DNA of 64,000 nt. Origin: a virus (lineage: Duplodnaviria; Caudoviricetes). The notes under the pieces are model-generated. The model was not told where the DNA came from. It did no database searches and saw only the letters and a list, made by a program, of their open reading frames with translations. The position numbers and the translations under genes are program-made. Shown in pieces: positions 26,928 through 37,147 of this stretch; within the stretch, counting starts at the first letter, position 1, and each line of letters begins with the position of its first letter. The stretch lies in IMG/VR virus record IMGVR_UViG_3300007754_000008, positions 921 through 64,920 of that record. One strand, written 5' to 3'.

Positions 26928-27395
26928 ATGGCACATTTCGCAGAACTAAAATCAATGACAGATCCTACTGGATTTACGTCAGATTCACATCAAGTAGTAC
27001 AAAAAGTTGTCGTTGTAGGCAATGATGTTTCTACAGCAGCAGGTCCTTTAGGAGATAATGACATGCATGTTGATGGAGAAACATGGTGCGTTAATTTTTT
27101 TAAAGGTGGAACTTGGAAACAAACTTCTTACAATCATAATTTTAGAAAACAATATTGCGGTAAAGGTTATGTATATGACGCTGCAAAAGATAAATTTTTA
27201 AGTCCTCAACCTTTTGCATCTTGGTCTTTAGATGGTAATGATGATTGGCAAGCACCAGTCACATATCCAACTGATACTACAGATAAAAATATAACGTGGG
27301 ACGAAGACAATCTAAGATGGACTGCAACGGATAATTCAGATCCAGTCAATAATTTCAATTGGGATGCATCAACATTAGCTTGGGTATCCGCATAA
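26928..27395 (+). CDS. Fibre-associated protein
   Basis: MAHFAEL, WKQTSYN...FRKQY, PQPFASW; typical neighbour of Gly-rich fibre genes. Confidence 0.7.
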   Translation: MAHFAELKSMTDPTGFTSDSHQVVQKVVVVGNDVSTAAGPLGDNDMHVDGETWCVNFFKGGTWKQTSYNHNFRKQYCGKGYVYDAAKDKFLSPQPFASWSLDGNDDWQAPVTYPTDTTDKNITWDEDNLRWTATDNSDPVNNFNWDASTLAWVSA

Positions 27396-27405
27396 GGAGA
27401 CTCAA

Positions 27406-29187
27406 ATGGCACAGCCAGTAGGATCAACAAACGGCGGCATAATCGGAGCAAGTAATAAAACTTCTTTCGGTAAAGATACTGTTACATCAATCACAGCTAC
27501 AGGTTGTTTTACAACACAATCAGGAACTAGAGTTATTGATTATTCAATAGTCGCTGGTGGCGGGGGTGGTGGCGGACGATATTATTCAGGTGGCGGCGGA
27601 GCAGGCGGAATGCAGTCGGGCACTAATCTTTCAGTTTGTGGATCAACAGCCTATCCTGTCACAGTAGGTGGAGGAGGAGCTAAAGGTGGAGCAACTTGCG
27701 AAGGTACTCCAGGTGCACAAGGCACTACTGGAACTAATTCAACTGGATTTTGTGTTACATCTTGTGGAGGTGGTGGTGGAGCAAGTGATGGAGCTAGTCC
27801 AGGTATTGCTGACGGAAAACCAGGTGGGTCTGGCGGAGGTGGAACTTCTAATAGTGGGTGTGGTGGAACAGGTGTGGCCTGTCAAGGAAATGACGGAGGC
27901 GATCAATCACAACCAGCAACAAATGACGCAGCAGGCGCAGGCGGTGGAGGTGCCGGAGCAGTCGGAGCAAATAATCCTTCCCAATCAACAGGGGGAGCTG
28001 GAGGTGCTGGAGCAACAAGTCCAATAAATTGTACACTTTATGCAGGTGGTGGCGGAGGTGGAGCTTGGAATTGTGGAACTGCAGCAGTGGGTGGACCAGG
28101 CGGCGGTGGAGCAGGAGGAGCAAATAATGTTTCTTGTGCTGTAGCTGGAACTGTAAATACTGGAGGCGGCGGTGGTGGTGCAAGCGGCTATTCAGGAAAC
28201 TATTGTCTTGGTGCTGCAGGTGGTTCAGGAATAGTTATCGTAAAAGAATTAAACAAAGCAAGTGGTATGTGGTCAATGGACTCTCAATTTCAAAATCAAT
28301 CAGCAGGGACATGGCCAGAAACCCCACCTAATTTTGTAACTGCTACAGGTGGATGTATAAGTTATTCAGGGGATTACAAAATTCATACATTTTTAGCTTC
28401 AGCTGACTTTATAGTTTCTGCAGCAGGAACTCCTGCTGGTTCAACAACAGTTGATTACTTAGTAGTAGGTGGTGGTGGAGGCGGTGGACATGCAAGTAGC
28501 TCAGGTGGTGGTGGAGCTGGTGGATATAGAGAATCTTCTGGTGTAGCTTCTGGTTGTTATACAAGATCACCTTTAGGAGCATGTGTTGCTGCATTAGCAG
28601 TTTCTAAACAAACTTATGCTATAACTGTTGGTGGTGGTGGACCAAATGGACCCGGAACTTCTTCCTCTAAAAATGGTTCTCTTTCAACATTTAGTACAAT
28701 TACATCAGCAGGTGGTGGAGGTGGTGGAACATTTTGTGGTGGTGCAGGTACACCAATTTATAATGGAGCTGCCGGTGGATCCGGAGGTGGAGGAGCTGCG
28801 CCAGCACCACCGACAGGACCAGGAGCCGGTGGAGCTGGAGATACACCTAATACAACACCAGATCAAGGTTTTCCTGGTGGTGGTGGTGTTCACCCAGGGG
28901 GATATTTCTCAGCTGGTGGTGGAGGTGGTGCAACTGCGGCTGGTGCTACAGGTGGCGCTCCTGGTTCTGGAAAAGGTGGAGCAGGTGCAACTTCTTGTAT
29001 TACAGCAAGTCCTGTTGGAAGAGCAGGTGGAGGAAATGGAAATGGTTGTGGTGGTCCAGCTGGACCTCCTGTAGGTTTTGGTGGTGGAGCAAGTGGAGTA
29101 GCTGGAGGAACAAACACTGGAGGTGGTGGTGGTGCATGTGCAGCAGGTGGTCCAGGTGTTGTTATTCTTAGATATAAATATCAATAA
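27406..29187 (+). CDS. Glycine-rich tail fibre protein 2
   Basis: NGGIIG start, two Gly-rich domains, GDYKIHTF, C-terminal GVVILRY. Confidence 0.8.
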   Translation: MAQPVGSTNGGIIGASNKTSFGKDTVTSITATGCFTTQSGTRVIDYSIVAGGGGGGGRYYSGGGGAGGMQSGTNLSVCGSTAYPVTVGGGGAKGGATCEGTPGAQGTTGTNSTGFCVTSCGGGGGASDGASPGIADGKPGGSGGGGTSNSGCGGTGVACQGNDGGDQSQPATNDAAGAGGGGAGAVGANNPSQSTGGAGGAGATSPINCTLYAGGGGGGAWNCGTAAVGGPGGGGAGGANNVSCAVAGTVNTGGGGGGASGYSGNYCLGAAGGSGIVIVKELNKASGMWSMDSQFQNQSAGTWPETPPNFVTATGGCISYSGDYKIHTFLASADFIVSAAGTPAGSTTVDYLVVGGGGGGGHASSSGGGGAGGYRESSGVASGCYTRSPLGACVAALAVSKQTYAITVGGGGPNGPGTSSSKNGSLSTFSTITSAGGGGGGTFCGGAGTPIYNGAAGGSGGGGAAPAPPTGPGAGGAGDTPNTTPDQGFPGGGGVHPGGYFSAGGGGGATAAGATGGAPGSGKGGAGATSCITASPVGRAGGGNGNGCGGPAGPPVGFGGGASGVAGGTNTGGGGGACAAGGPGVVILRYKYQ

Positions 29188-29277
29188 TTGACAGTTTCAT
29201 AATTGATCCAGATCAATGCTTTGTATTATACTTTACATTATAATATATTTAAAGTATAAACTAATATACGAAAGCTT

Positions 29278-29907
29278 ATGAATTTAACAAACTATTTTTG
29301 GTATTTTCAATCAGCAATTCCTCACAGAATTTGTGATGATATTGTTAAGTATGGAAAATCTTTACAAGATCAATTAGCCACTACAGGTGGGTATGGTGAT
29401 CCTAAAAGATTAAATCAAAAACAACTTAAAGATTTAAAAAAGAAAAGAGATTCAGATATTGTATGGATGAACGATAGATGGATATATAAAGAAATACAAC
29501 CTTATGTCCATCAAGCTAATACATCTGCAGGTTGGAATTTTCAATGGGATTTTTCTGAGTCTTGTCAATTTACAAAATATAATAAAGGCCAATACTATGA
29601 TTGGCATTGTGATGGTTGGGATAAATCTTATCATGCTCCTAATACTCCTACTCATGGTAAAATTAGAAAATTATCGGTAACTGTGTCTTTATCAGAAGGA
29701 GGTAAAGATTATACGGGAGGCGAATTAGAATTTGATTTTAGAAATTTAGATCCAGATAAAAAACCAAACATTAGAAAATGTAAAGAGGTACTCCCTAAAG
29801 GATCTTTAGTGGTGTTCCCTGGATTTGTTTGGCATAGAGTATGTCCAGTTAAAAAAGGATCAAGACATAGTTTAGTAATCTGGAATTTAGGGTGGCCATA
29901 TAAATGA
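29278..29907 (+). CDS. 2OG-Fe(II) oxygenase (PKHD/prolyl-hydroxylase-like)
   Basis: YDWHCD, RKLS, YTGGEL, FPGFVWHRVCPV, RHSLVIW. Confidence 0.9.
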   Translation: MNLTNYFWYFQSAIPHRICDDIVKYGKSLQDQLATTGGYGDPKRLNQKQLKDLKKKRDSDIVWMNDRWIYKEIQPYVHQANTSAGWNFQWDFSESCQFTKYNKGQYYDWHCDGWDKSYHAPNTPTHGKIRKLSVTVSLSEGGKDYTGGELEFDFRNLDPDKKPNIRKCKEVLPKGSLVVFPGFVWHRVCPVKKGSRHSLVIWNLGWPYK

Positions 29908-30650
29908 AAAAGAAACAAAAAAAAGCAAGAAAAGTAAAAACTCAAAAAGAATTGGATAAGATATCCTGTGGAAGTGCAAAATCATTTCCACAACAATTAA
30001 ATAGAGAAGACCTTTTTAAATGTCCTGTATGGTTTGCTGATGAACCTGCATTTGTAGATGATTTAAATAGAGCTTCAGATAAATATATTGAAGTAGCTAA
30101 AAATAATTTAAAAAAAGATATAGATAAAAGAAATAAAAAATTTGGAGATAAAGGAGATATGGGTAACGTATTTCATTCAACTACTTTAGTGGGAGATCCT
30201 AATTTTTTAGAACTTACAAATTATATAGGGGCAACCGCAAATAATTTATTATTAGAAATGGGTTTTGACTTAACTAATTATCAAGTATTTATTACAGAAA
30301 TGTGGGTACAAGAATTTGCTAAAAAAGGAGGAGGTCATCATACATTACACACACATTGGAATGGTCATATATCCGGTTTTTATTTTTTAAAATGCAGTGA
30401 AAAAACATCACGACCTTTATTTGAAGACCCTAGAGCAGGGAATATAATGAATCTTTTACCCGAAAAAGATAAAACAAAAGTAACTTATGCTAGTCATCAA
30501 ATTAATTATGAAGTAAAACCAGGAAGAATGATTTTTTTCCCCTCTTACATGCCTCATCAATATATAGTAGATATGGGGTATGAACCATTTAGGTTTATTC
30601 ATTGGAACTGTCAAGCTATACCGAAAGGAGTATTAAATGTCCAAAAATAA
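29904..30650 (+). CDS. 2OG-Fe(II) oxygenase (TIGR02466-like)
   Basis: HTLHTH, ISGFYFL, FEDPR, FPSYMPH. Confidence 0.85.
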   Translation: MKKKQKKARKVKTQKELDKISCGSAKSFPQQLNREDLFKCPVWFADEPAFVDDLNRASDKYIEVAKNNLKKDIDKRNKKFGDKGDMGNVFHSTTLVGDPNFLELTNYIGATANNLLLEMGFDLTNYQVFITEMWVQEFAKKGGGHHTLHTHWNGHISGFYFLKCSEKTSRPLFEDPRAGNIMNLLPEKDKTKVTYASHQINYEVKPGRMIFFPSYMPHQYIVDMGYEPFRFIHWNCQAIPKGVLNVQK

Positions 30651-30810
30651 AATGATTCAACTTACTCATTTAAAAAATACATGTGCTTCACAAGTAGCAT
30701 ACGTTCAAAATTTATTGGGTCACCACCCTAGAAAATATTCTAATGATTTTGTAGAACAAATCATAGAAAATAAAAGAAAGGAGACAAAAAATGTCGTTCA
30801 AAAAAAATAA
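30637..30810 (+). CDS. Small hypothetical protein (57 aa)
   Basis: Not in ORF track; AAAGGAG RBS; fills the gap between oxygenases. Confidence 0.55.
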   Translation: MSKNKMIQLTHLKNTCASQVAYVQNLLGHHPRKYSNDFVEQIIENKRKETKNVVQKK

Positions 30811-31426
30811 ATATACAGTGTTAAAAGGAGCTATTAATAGAGAAATGGCTGATTTTTGTTTTGCTTATTTCTTAAATAAAAGAAAGGCAGCAAGATTTTT
30901 ATTTGATCAAAAATATATATCCCCTTTTACTGAGTACTGGGGTGTATGGAATGATGACCAAGTTCCTAATACTTATTCTCATTACGCAGATTTAGTCATG
31001 GAAACTTTATTACAAAAAGTTCAACCTGTTATGGAAAAACATACCTCACTTAAATTAAGTCCTACATATTCCTATGCAAGAATTTATAAAAAAGGAGATG
31101 TGCTTGCTAGACATAAAGATAGATATTCTTGTGAAATATCTACTACTTTAAATCTAGGAGGAGATGATTGGCCAATTTATCTTGATCCTACAACTAAGAC
31201 AGGTCAAGCAGGTATTAAAGTAGATTTAAAACCAGGAGATATGCTTATATACTCTGGCTGTGAACTTGAACACTGGAGAGAAGAATTTACTGGTAAAGAC
31301 TGTGGACAAGTATTTTTACATTATAATAAAAAAGGTTCTAAAGTAGCTAAAGAAAATGAATTTGATAAACGTCCATTTCTAGGACTTCCTGCGTGGTATA
31401 AAGGCTTTACATTACCTAAAAAATAG
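30791..31426 (+). CDS. 2OG-Fe(II) oxygenase-like protein
   Basis: PTYSYARIY, HKDR.SCEIS, GDMLIYSGCELEHWRE, QVFLHY. Confidence 0.85.
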   Translation: MSFKKNKYTVLKGAINREMADFCFAYFLNKRKAARFLFDQKYISPFTEYWGVWNDDQVPNTYSHYADLVMETLLQKVQPVMEKHTSLKLSPTYSYARIYKKGDVLARHKDRYSCEISTTLNLGGDDWPIYLDPTTKTGQAGIKVDLKPGDMLIYSGCELEHWREEFTGKDCGQVFLHYNKKGSKVAKENEFDKRPFLGLPAWYKGFTLPKK

Positions 31427-31528
31427 TTTATACATTAAGCTTGCAGGGGGAAACTCCACCACAGATTCCCCTTGCTTAAATCTATTGATTATCCCTAAAA
31501 TCTGCTATAGTTATAAAAAAGGATTTTT

Positions 31529-33697
31529 ATGCTACAAAAAATAGGTTTTCTACCAGGATTTAATAAACAGATTACCCCTACAGGAGCAGAAGCTCAATGG
31601 ACAGAGGGGGAAAATGTACGTTTTAGATATGGTACTCCTGAAAAAATAGGAGGATGGTCACAGCTAGGAGACACAGCTTTAACAGGCTCGGCTCGAGCTA
31701 TTCATCAAATGGTCAACAAAAATGGAATTAAATATTCCATTATTGGAACCAATAGAATTTTATATGCTTATACTGGGGAAGCCCATTATGACATACACCC
31801 TATTAAAACTGATTTCGGAGCCTTAACAGATAAGCTCGCATCTACTTCAGGCTCTGCTATTCTTACAATTACTTTATCCTCTACAGATGGAATGACGGCA
31901 GGAGATATTTTATATCTTGAAAATGTTACACCACCAACGGGTTCAGGTTATTCTGCATCTGATTTTGACAATAAAACTTTTATGATAACTGAGGTTGTAA
32001 ACACTACTTCAGTTACAATTACTATGGCCTCTAATGCTAGTGGAACCGCTACGGATGGAGATCTTTCTGTTAAATGGTATTATCCTGTAGGACCGGCTGA
32101 ACAGGTGGGAGTTTTTGGATGGGGTATATCTCAATGGAGTGGAACAGTAACCGCTCCTCAAACGACAACTTTAAATGGAGCCATCACCGATGCTGCTGCA
32201 ACGACTGGTATTACATTAACTAGTTCATTAGGTTTTCCTACCAGTGGAACTAGTACAATAAGAATAGGCACAGAGGATCTTACTTATACTGGAATTAGTT
32301 CAAATGTATTAACTGGAGTAGCTCGAGGAGTTAATGGAACAACAGCTGCTCTTCACTCAGATGGAGCAACCATTACAAATATTACTGACTATAGTGGATG
32401 GGGACAAGCCTCTTCGACAACTGACAAAGTTGCTGAACCTGGACTATGGTCCTTGGATAATTTAGGAAGTAATTTATTAGCTTTAATTTTTAATGGTCCT
32501 GTTTTTGAATGGGACGCAGATTTAACTACTGCTACTTCTACCAGAGCAACTATTGTTAGTGGTGCACCAACCGCGTCTCGTGATATGTTAGTTTCAACAC
32601 CCGATCGTCACTTAGTTTTATTTGGAACTGAAACAACAATTGGTGATACTACAACACAAGATGACATGTTTATAAGATTCTCTTCTCAAGAGGATATCAA
32701 CACTTGGACACCTACTGCAATCAATACCGCTGGCACACAAAGACTGGCTGCCGGATCACGGATCATGGGTGCAAAACTAGGTAGAAATACTATTTACGTA
32801 TGGACAGATACCTCATTATTTACCATGCGTTTTGTAGGTCAACCTTTTACTTTCGCTTATGAGCAAGTAGGTACCAACTGTGGTTTAATTGGAAAAAATG
32901 CAGCGGCGGAAGTGGATGGTTCTGCTTATTGGATGTCTGAAAATGGTTTCTTTAGATTTACTGGTAAACTAGAATCAATGGACTGTTTGGTAGAAGATTA
33001 TGTTTATGATGATCTTAATAAAACTTCTAATCAAATGATTTACTGTGGATTAAATAACTTGTTTGGAGAAGTAATGTGGTTTTATCCTACATCAGGTTCT
33101 AATGTAATAGATAGATGTGTTGTATATAGTTATTTAGATTCTACTATTAATAGACCTATATGGTATACAAACGCTAATTCTCTTTTTCCTAGAACAACTT
33201 GGGTGGACTCAGCTATCTTTGGTTTACCTCATGCTACATCTTATGATGCAGATACGGATACCTGTGATACCGTAGGAAATACAGATGGAGTTTCAACTTA
33301 CTATGAGCATGAGACTGGCATCAATCAAGTTAAGGGTGGAACAACCACTGCTATTCCAGCTAACATTACTTCAGGAGATTTTGACATTACTCAAGATCAA
33401 AGACAAGGAATTACGTTTAGAGGAGACGGAGAATTTATGATGAGAGTCAGTAGATTTTTACCAGACTTTATAACCCAATCAGGAAACACAACTGTTACAT
33501 TAAACCTTAGAAATTTTCCAAATGACACAGCAGCTAGTTCAACATTAGGACCGTTTACCATTACATCTTCTACTCAATATAAATCTTGTAGAGCTAGAGG
33601 TAGAGCTGTTGCTGTTAAGATAGCAAATACAGCAGTAGATTCCAATTGGAAATTAGGAACTTTTAGATTAGATGTACATGCAGGAGGAAGAAGATAA
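31529..33697 (+). CDS. Tail tubular/nozzle (stabilisation) protein
   Basis: 722 aa; PGFNK...NVRF...PEKIGGW, IRFSSQED, beta-propeller-like repeats, C-terminal GRR. Confidence 0.7.
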   Translation: MLQKIGFLPGFNKQITPTGAEAQWTEGENVRFRYGTPEKIGGWSQLGDTALTGSARAIHQMVNKNGIKYSIIGTNRILYAYTGEAHYDIHPIKTDFGALTDKLASTSGSAILTITLSSTDGMTAGDILYLENVTPPTGSGYSASDFDNKTFMITEVVNTTSVTITMASNASGTATDGDLSVKWYYPVGPAEQVGVFGWGISQWSGTVTAPQTTTLNGAITDAAATTGITLTSSLGFPTSGTSTIRIGTEDLTYTGISSNVLTGVARGVNGTTAALHSDGATITNITDYSGWGQASSTTDKVAEPGLWSLDNLGSNLLALIFNGPVFEWDADLTTATSTRATIVSGAPTASRDMLVSTPDRHLVLFGTETTIGDTTTQDDMFIRFSSQEDINTWTPTAINTAGTQRLAAGSRIMGAKLGRNTIYVWTDTSLFTMRFVGQPFTFAYEQVGTNCGLIGKNAAAEVDGSAYWMSENGFFRFTGKLESMDCLVEDYVYDDLNKTSNQMIYCGLNNLFGEVMWFYPTSGSNVIDRCVVYSYLDSTINRPIWYTNANSLFPRTTWVDSAIFGLPHATSYDADTDTCDTVGNTDGVSTYYEHETGINQVKGGTTTAIPANITSGDFDITQDQRQGITFRGDGEFMMRVSRFLPDFITQSGNTTVTLNLRNFPNDTAASSTLGPFTITSSTQYKSCRARGRAVAVKIANTAVDSNWKLGTFRLDVHAGGRR

Positions 33698-33861
33698 TGG
33701 CAAAGATAGTACAAACATTAACTAGAGCTAGTGAAGATTATAGGCAAGATGTAGCTCAATCACTTGTGCGAGACTTAGACGCCGTGTTAGAGAAATTAAA
33801 CTCAACTTTTCAAGAAGAATTAAAACAGGAGATAGAAGCTAGAAGTTTCTTTTTAGATTAA
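33697..33861 (+). CDS. Small helical protein (54 aa, MAKIVQTLTR...)
   Basis: Not in ORF track; TAATG-coupled at both ends. Confidence 0.7.
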   Translation: MAKIVQTLTRASEDYRQDVAQSLVRDLDAVLEKLNSTFQEELKQEIEARSFFLD

Positions 33862-34196
33862 TGGCAGTAGTAAATATATATAAATTTGCAGGATTAAATG
33901 CTAATACAGATAACACAGAAAAAAATCCTTTTGGAAGTGGTAATCCTTTGGTAACTGAGACTTATCTTATTAAGTCTATCATTGTTAAATCTGCAGGAAC
34001 TCCTGCACCTACTGTGACAAACGATGGTATTGTGGTTATTCAATCAGCAGCATTAACAGCTAATGAAAGTAAAGAATTATTGACTCAACCGTTAATAGTT
34101 GAGGGTGGAAATACCCTTACAATTAAAGCAGGTAGTGCAGACGCTTTTACATTTGGTGTAAGCTATCTAAACATTAAAAAAGAGGTAACAACATAA
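33861..34196 (+). CDS. Putative tail protein
   Basis: ELLTQPLIVEGG motif similar to 23971..24366. Confidence 0.7.
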   Translation: MAVVNIYKFAGLNANTDNTEKNPFGSGNPLVTETYLIKSIIVKSAGTPAPTVTNDGIVVIQSAALTANESKELLTQPLIVEGGNTLTIKAGSADAFTFGVSYLNIKKEVTT

Positions 34197-34366
34197 TGAG
34201 AGTAATAGAACCAGAAGAAATAATAACTACTATTTCTAACCTTAAAACCGGGGAAGTATATAAAAATGAAGAGGAATGGAAAGCCAAAGGAGTTGAGGAA
34301 AAGGACATTCGAAGAGACGTAAAAGTAATTATGCCAAGCCTTGATTTGTTTGGAAAAACACAGTAG
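34196..34366 (+). CDS. Small hypothetical protein (56 aa, MRVIEPEE...)
   Basis: Not in ORF track; GAGGT RBS, TAATG coupling. Confidence 0.65.
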   Translation: MRVIEPEEIITTISNLKTGEVYKNEEEWKAKGVEEKDIRRDVKVIMPSLDLFGKTQ

Positions 34367-34397
34367 TATAATAAACCCTAGGAAATAAGACAAAATT

Positions 34398-34946
34398 ATG
34401 GCAATAACAGATATTAATATTTCAGAACAATTAGAAACAGGAGCACCTTCTATTAAGTACGAAGGTAAAGAAGGGCCAAGACCACCAGCACAATCACAAG
34501 AAGAAATGATGATAGCTAAACAAGTATGGGATGCTATGGGTCCAGAGGAAAAAGGTCAGTTTTCTAATTTTGATGAATTTTTTAGAAGTGGCGTTTGGAA
34601 ACAAATACTACAACAAGCACAACAAGATGAGATGCAAGAACAAGGAGGCATCGGGAGCCTTGGACCACGGAACATGGAACAAGGACCTGGTAGAATTCCT
34701 GCAAGATTCGGTGGTGACATGGAAGAATTAAGTATGAGAGAAACAATAGATACTCCACAAGGAATTGAAACGTTAGATGAAACTATGAAGATGGCAGGTG
34801 GTGGAGACAGGGGTTGGAAAGCTCAAATGCTAGCTGAAGATTTAGCACAGGAAGAATATGGAAAAGACTTTTATGATCTTTCTCAAGACAAACAAATAGA
34901 AATTTATACTATTGCTCTCGACATGATTGATAGTAGAGGAGAATAA
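34398..34946 (+). CDS. Acidic putative internal virion protein with GG linkers
   Basis: PARFGG, MKMAGGG; first gene of the ejection-protein block. Confidence 0.75.
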   Translation: MAITDINISEQLETGAPSIKYEGKEGPRPPAQSQEEMMIAKQVWDAMGPEEKGQFSNFDEFFRSGVWKQILQQAQQDEMQEQGGIGSLGPRNMEQGPGRIPARFGGDMEELSMRETIDTPQGIETLDETMKMAGGGDRGWKAQMLAEDLAQEEYGKDFYDLSQDKQIEIYTIALDMIDSRGE

Positions 34947-37147
34947 TGCCATTCAAATCAGAAAAACAAAGAAGATATTTATGGGCTAACGAGCCAGAGA
35001 TTGCAAGAGACTGGACGGATACCTATGGAAGTAGAATTGAAAAAAATAGTGGTGGGATATCACAGCTAGTTAAAAATAAGCCAGATGGTTCTAGACCAGG
35101 ATATTATGGAGCTGACGAAGGTCATATGGGTGATACAATTGGTGGAAAAAAAACTAGTATGGGAACCTATACTCCAACTGAGGTAGATCGTGGAGGTGAT
35201 GGACAACAAATTTCTGACGCTGATGCGCGCAGAGTTTTTCAATCACGACCAGATTTAAAAAAAGCTGCCGAAGATGCAAAAAGAGCTGAAGCTAAAGCAA
35301 GGAAAAAAAGACACAAAGAACGTATTAAAAAAGATACCAAAAAGAAAAAAGAAAAATTTTCTTATAAAAAATGGCACGATGCTCAAACAAAAAAAGCAAT
35401 AAACAAATCTGCTTTGGATATGTATGGAAGAATAGAACAATACGTTGATCCGATGGATGATTATGGTTTATCAGCAGAAGAGATTGCTGGCTTGGTATCA
35501 AAAAATCCAAGCTATGGTTATGATTTTAGTGAGTTAGACAAAGGAAAAGCAAACTTAAGAAGTAATATTGGAACTAGTATAGAATCATCTAGACCAAATA
35601 AATACACAGTGAATCCTACTACTTCTTACGGTCTGTTAAATTCTCTTTTAAATTCAACTAGAAAAGACACACAAGTGACAGCACAAAATACTTTAGATGC
35701 AGCTAGAACTTATGTTGACATGGCTAACAGAGGAGCTTCACACAAAGAATACACAGATTTTAGAGATAGATTTAAAACACCAACTACAGGGGGCGATGGC
35801 GATCAACCTTTATGGATGCAACTAGGTTATCCTAGTTACGCAGCATGGCAAGCGGCACAAGGTGGCGGCGGAGGCGGCACTACTGTTGCTGAAAAAGTTG
35901 TAGAAACTGAATCCCCTTTTCAAAAATCATTGAATACTGGAACAGCACAGGCACTTTCTCCTTATTATGTTGGAGCTAATCCAACAGCTGCTAACATAGC
36001 ATGGGGACAAAAATATGGAGTCGACCCAAGAACTATGTACATGGCAGAAGGTGGACCAATCAGACAAAGATATTTCTTAGGTAAATTAGTTAAGAAGATA
36101 GGAAGAGCTGCGAAAAAAGTTATTAAGAGTCCTATTGGTAAAGCTGCTTTAATGTATGGTTTAGGAACTGGAATAGGATCCTTTATGCCTAGTGGAACAG
36201 GAACAGGATTAGGAAGATTTGCTTTGGGTAATGCTAAACAAAATTTAGGAGCTTTATTCCTTAGAAGCAAAGCACCCAAAAGTTGGGACATGACAGAAAC
36301 AGCATTTAAAGCTTTGCCATGGTACAAAAAAATAAATCCATGGACAGGAATCGCTGCAGCTTCAACTCTACCTTTCTTCATGGGTGGTCAAGAAGATGAC
36401 GATCAAGACAAAGCTTTCGATTATGAGGGAGCTAAGAATGCATACATGAATGAACTTATGAGAATTAAAAGAGGTGCTTTAGCTGGTAGTTTAGATCCAA
36501 ATCAATTTGTTTATCAAGGAATTAAAGATGGTGGAAGAATAGGTTATGCTGGTGGTGGATCAGAAGATCCAATGTTAGTAGATGAATATAAAAAGTATGT
36601 ATTTGAAATGGAAGAAATGGGATTACAACCTATGTCTTTTGAAGAATTTAGAGCTCAAGCTATAGCCGGTATGGCAAGTGGTGGAAGAGCAGGATACTAT
36701 GCAGGTGGTCAATCTATTCCATCAGAAAACTCAATGGAAGATGCTAGAAAAACAGCGATGCAAGATAGATTAGGTGGCATTACAGAAGTAATGAAACAAG
36801 CAGATTTATATCGTCAAGGAGACGTAGGTCAAATGTACATGGCTGAAGGTGGACCCACTCAAGAAGCAGGAATCATGGACCTTGGTGGTGTAGAAAAAGA
36901 TTACAGAGAAACTGGTGGGTTTGTTCCTATTGGTAAAGAAGAAAAAGCTGATGACGTTCCAGCAAGATTAAGCCTTAACGAATTTGTAATGACAGCGGAT
37001 GCAGTTCGTGGTATGGGTGATGGAAATATAGATCAAGGTGCAGAACGTATGGAAGATCTTATGGAAACATTAGAAGTAAAAGGTAAAAAAAATCAAGGAG
37101 CTCAAGATATGTTTGAAGTTTCGGAAAGGCTAAGCGCGGTAGTGTAA
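34946..37147 (+). CDS. Modular putative internal virion protein with six AxGG-type linkers
   Basis: MPFKSEKQRRY start; KNSGGI, YMAEGG (twice), KDGGRIGYAGGG, MASGGRAGYYAGG, ETGGFV...DDVPARLSLNEFV. Confidence 0.8.
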   Translation: MPFKSEKQRRYLWANEPEIARDWTDTYGSRIEKNSGGISQLVKNKPDGSRPGYYGADEGHMGDTIGGKKTSMGTYTPTEVDRGGDGQQISDADARRVFQSRPDLKKAAEDAKRAEAKARKKRHKERIKKDTKKKKEKFSYKKWHDAQTKKAINKSALDMYGRIEQYVDPMDDYGLSAEEIAGLVSKNPSYGYDFSELDKGKANLRSNIGTSIESSRPNKYTVNPTTSYGLLNSLLNSTRKDTQVTAQNTLDAARTYVDMANRGASHKEYTDFRDRFKTPTTGGDGDQPLWMQLGYPSYAAWQAAQGGGGGGTTVAEKVVETESPFQKSLNTGTAQALSPYYVGANPTAANIAWGQKYGVDPRTMYMAEGGPIRQRYFLGKLVKKIGRAAKKVIKSPIGKAALMYGLGTGIGSFMPSGTGTGLGRFALGNAKQNLGALFLRSKAPKSWDMTETAFKALPWYKKINPWTGIAAASTLPFFMGGQEDDDQDKAFDYEGAKNAYMNELMRIKRGALAGSLDPNQFVYQGIKDGGRIGYAGGGSEDPMLVDEYKKYVFEMEEMGLQPMSFEEFRAQAIAGMASGGRAGYYAGGQSIPSENSMEDARKTAMQDRLGGITEVMKQADLYRQGDVGQMYMAEGGPTQEAGIMDLGGVEKDYRETGGFVPIGKEEKADDVPARLSLNEFVMTADAVRGMGDGNIDQGAERMEDLMETLEVKGKKNQGAQDMFEVSERLSAVV

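Noticed and set aside
24422-29184. Many alternative-frame and antisense ORFs (VVVEVE-, HHHL-, PPPP-rich)
   Set aside because: Shadows of GGT/GGA-rich glycine codons in the fibre genes
24379-29187. Diversity-generating retroelement acting on fibres
   Set aside because: No reverse transcriptase and no template/variable repeat pair differing only at adenines was seen; GG-rich fibre sequence was also excluded from the AxGG linker count
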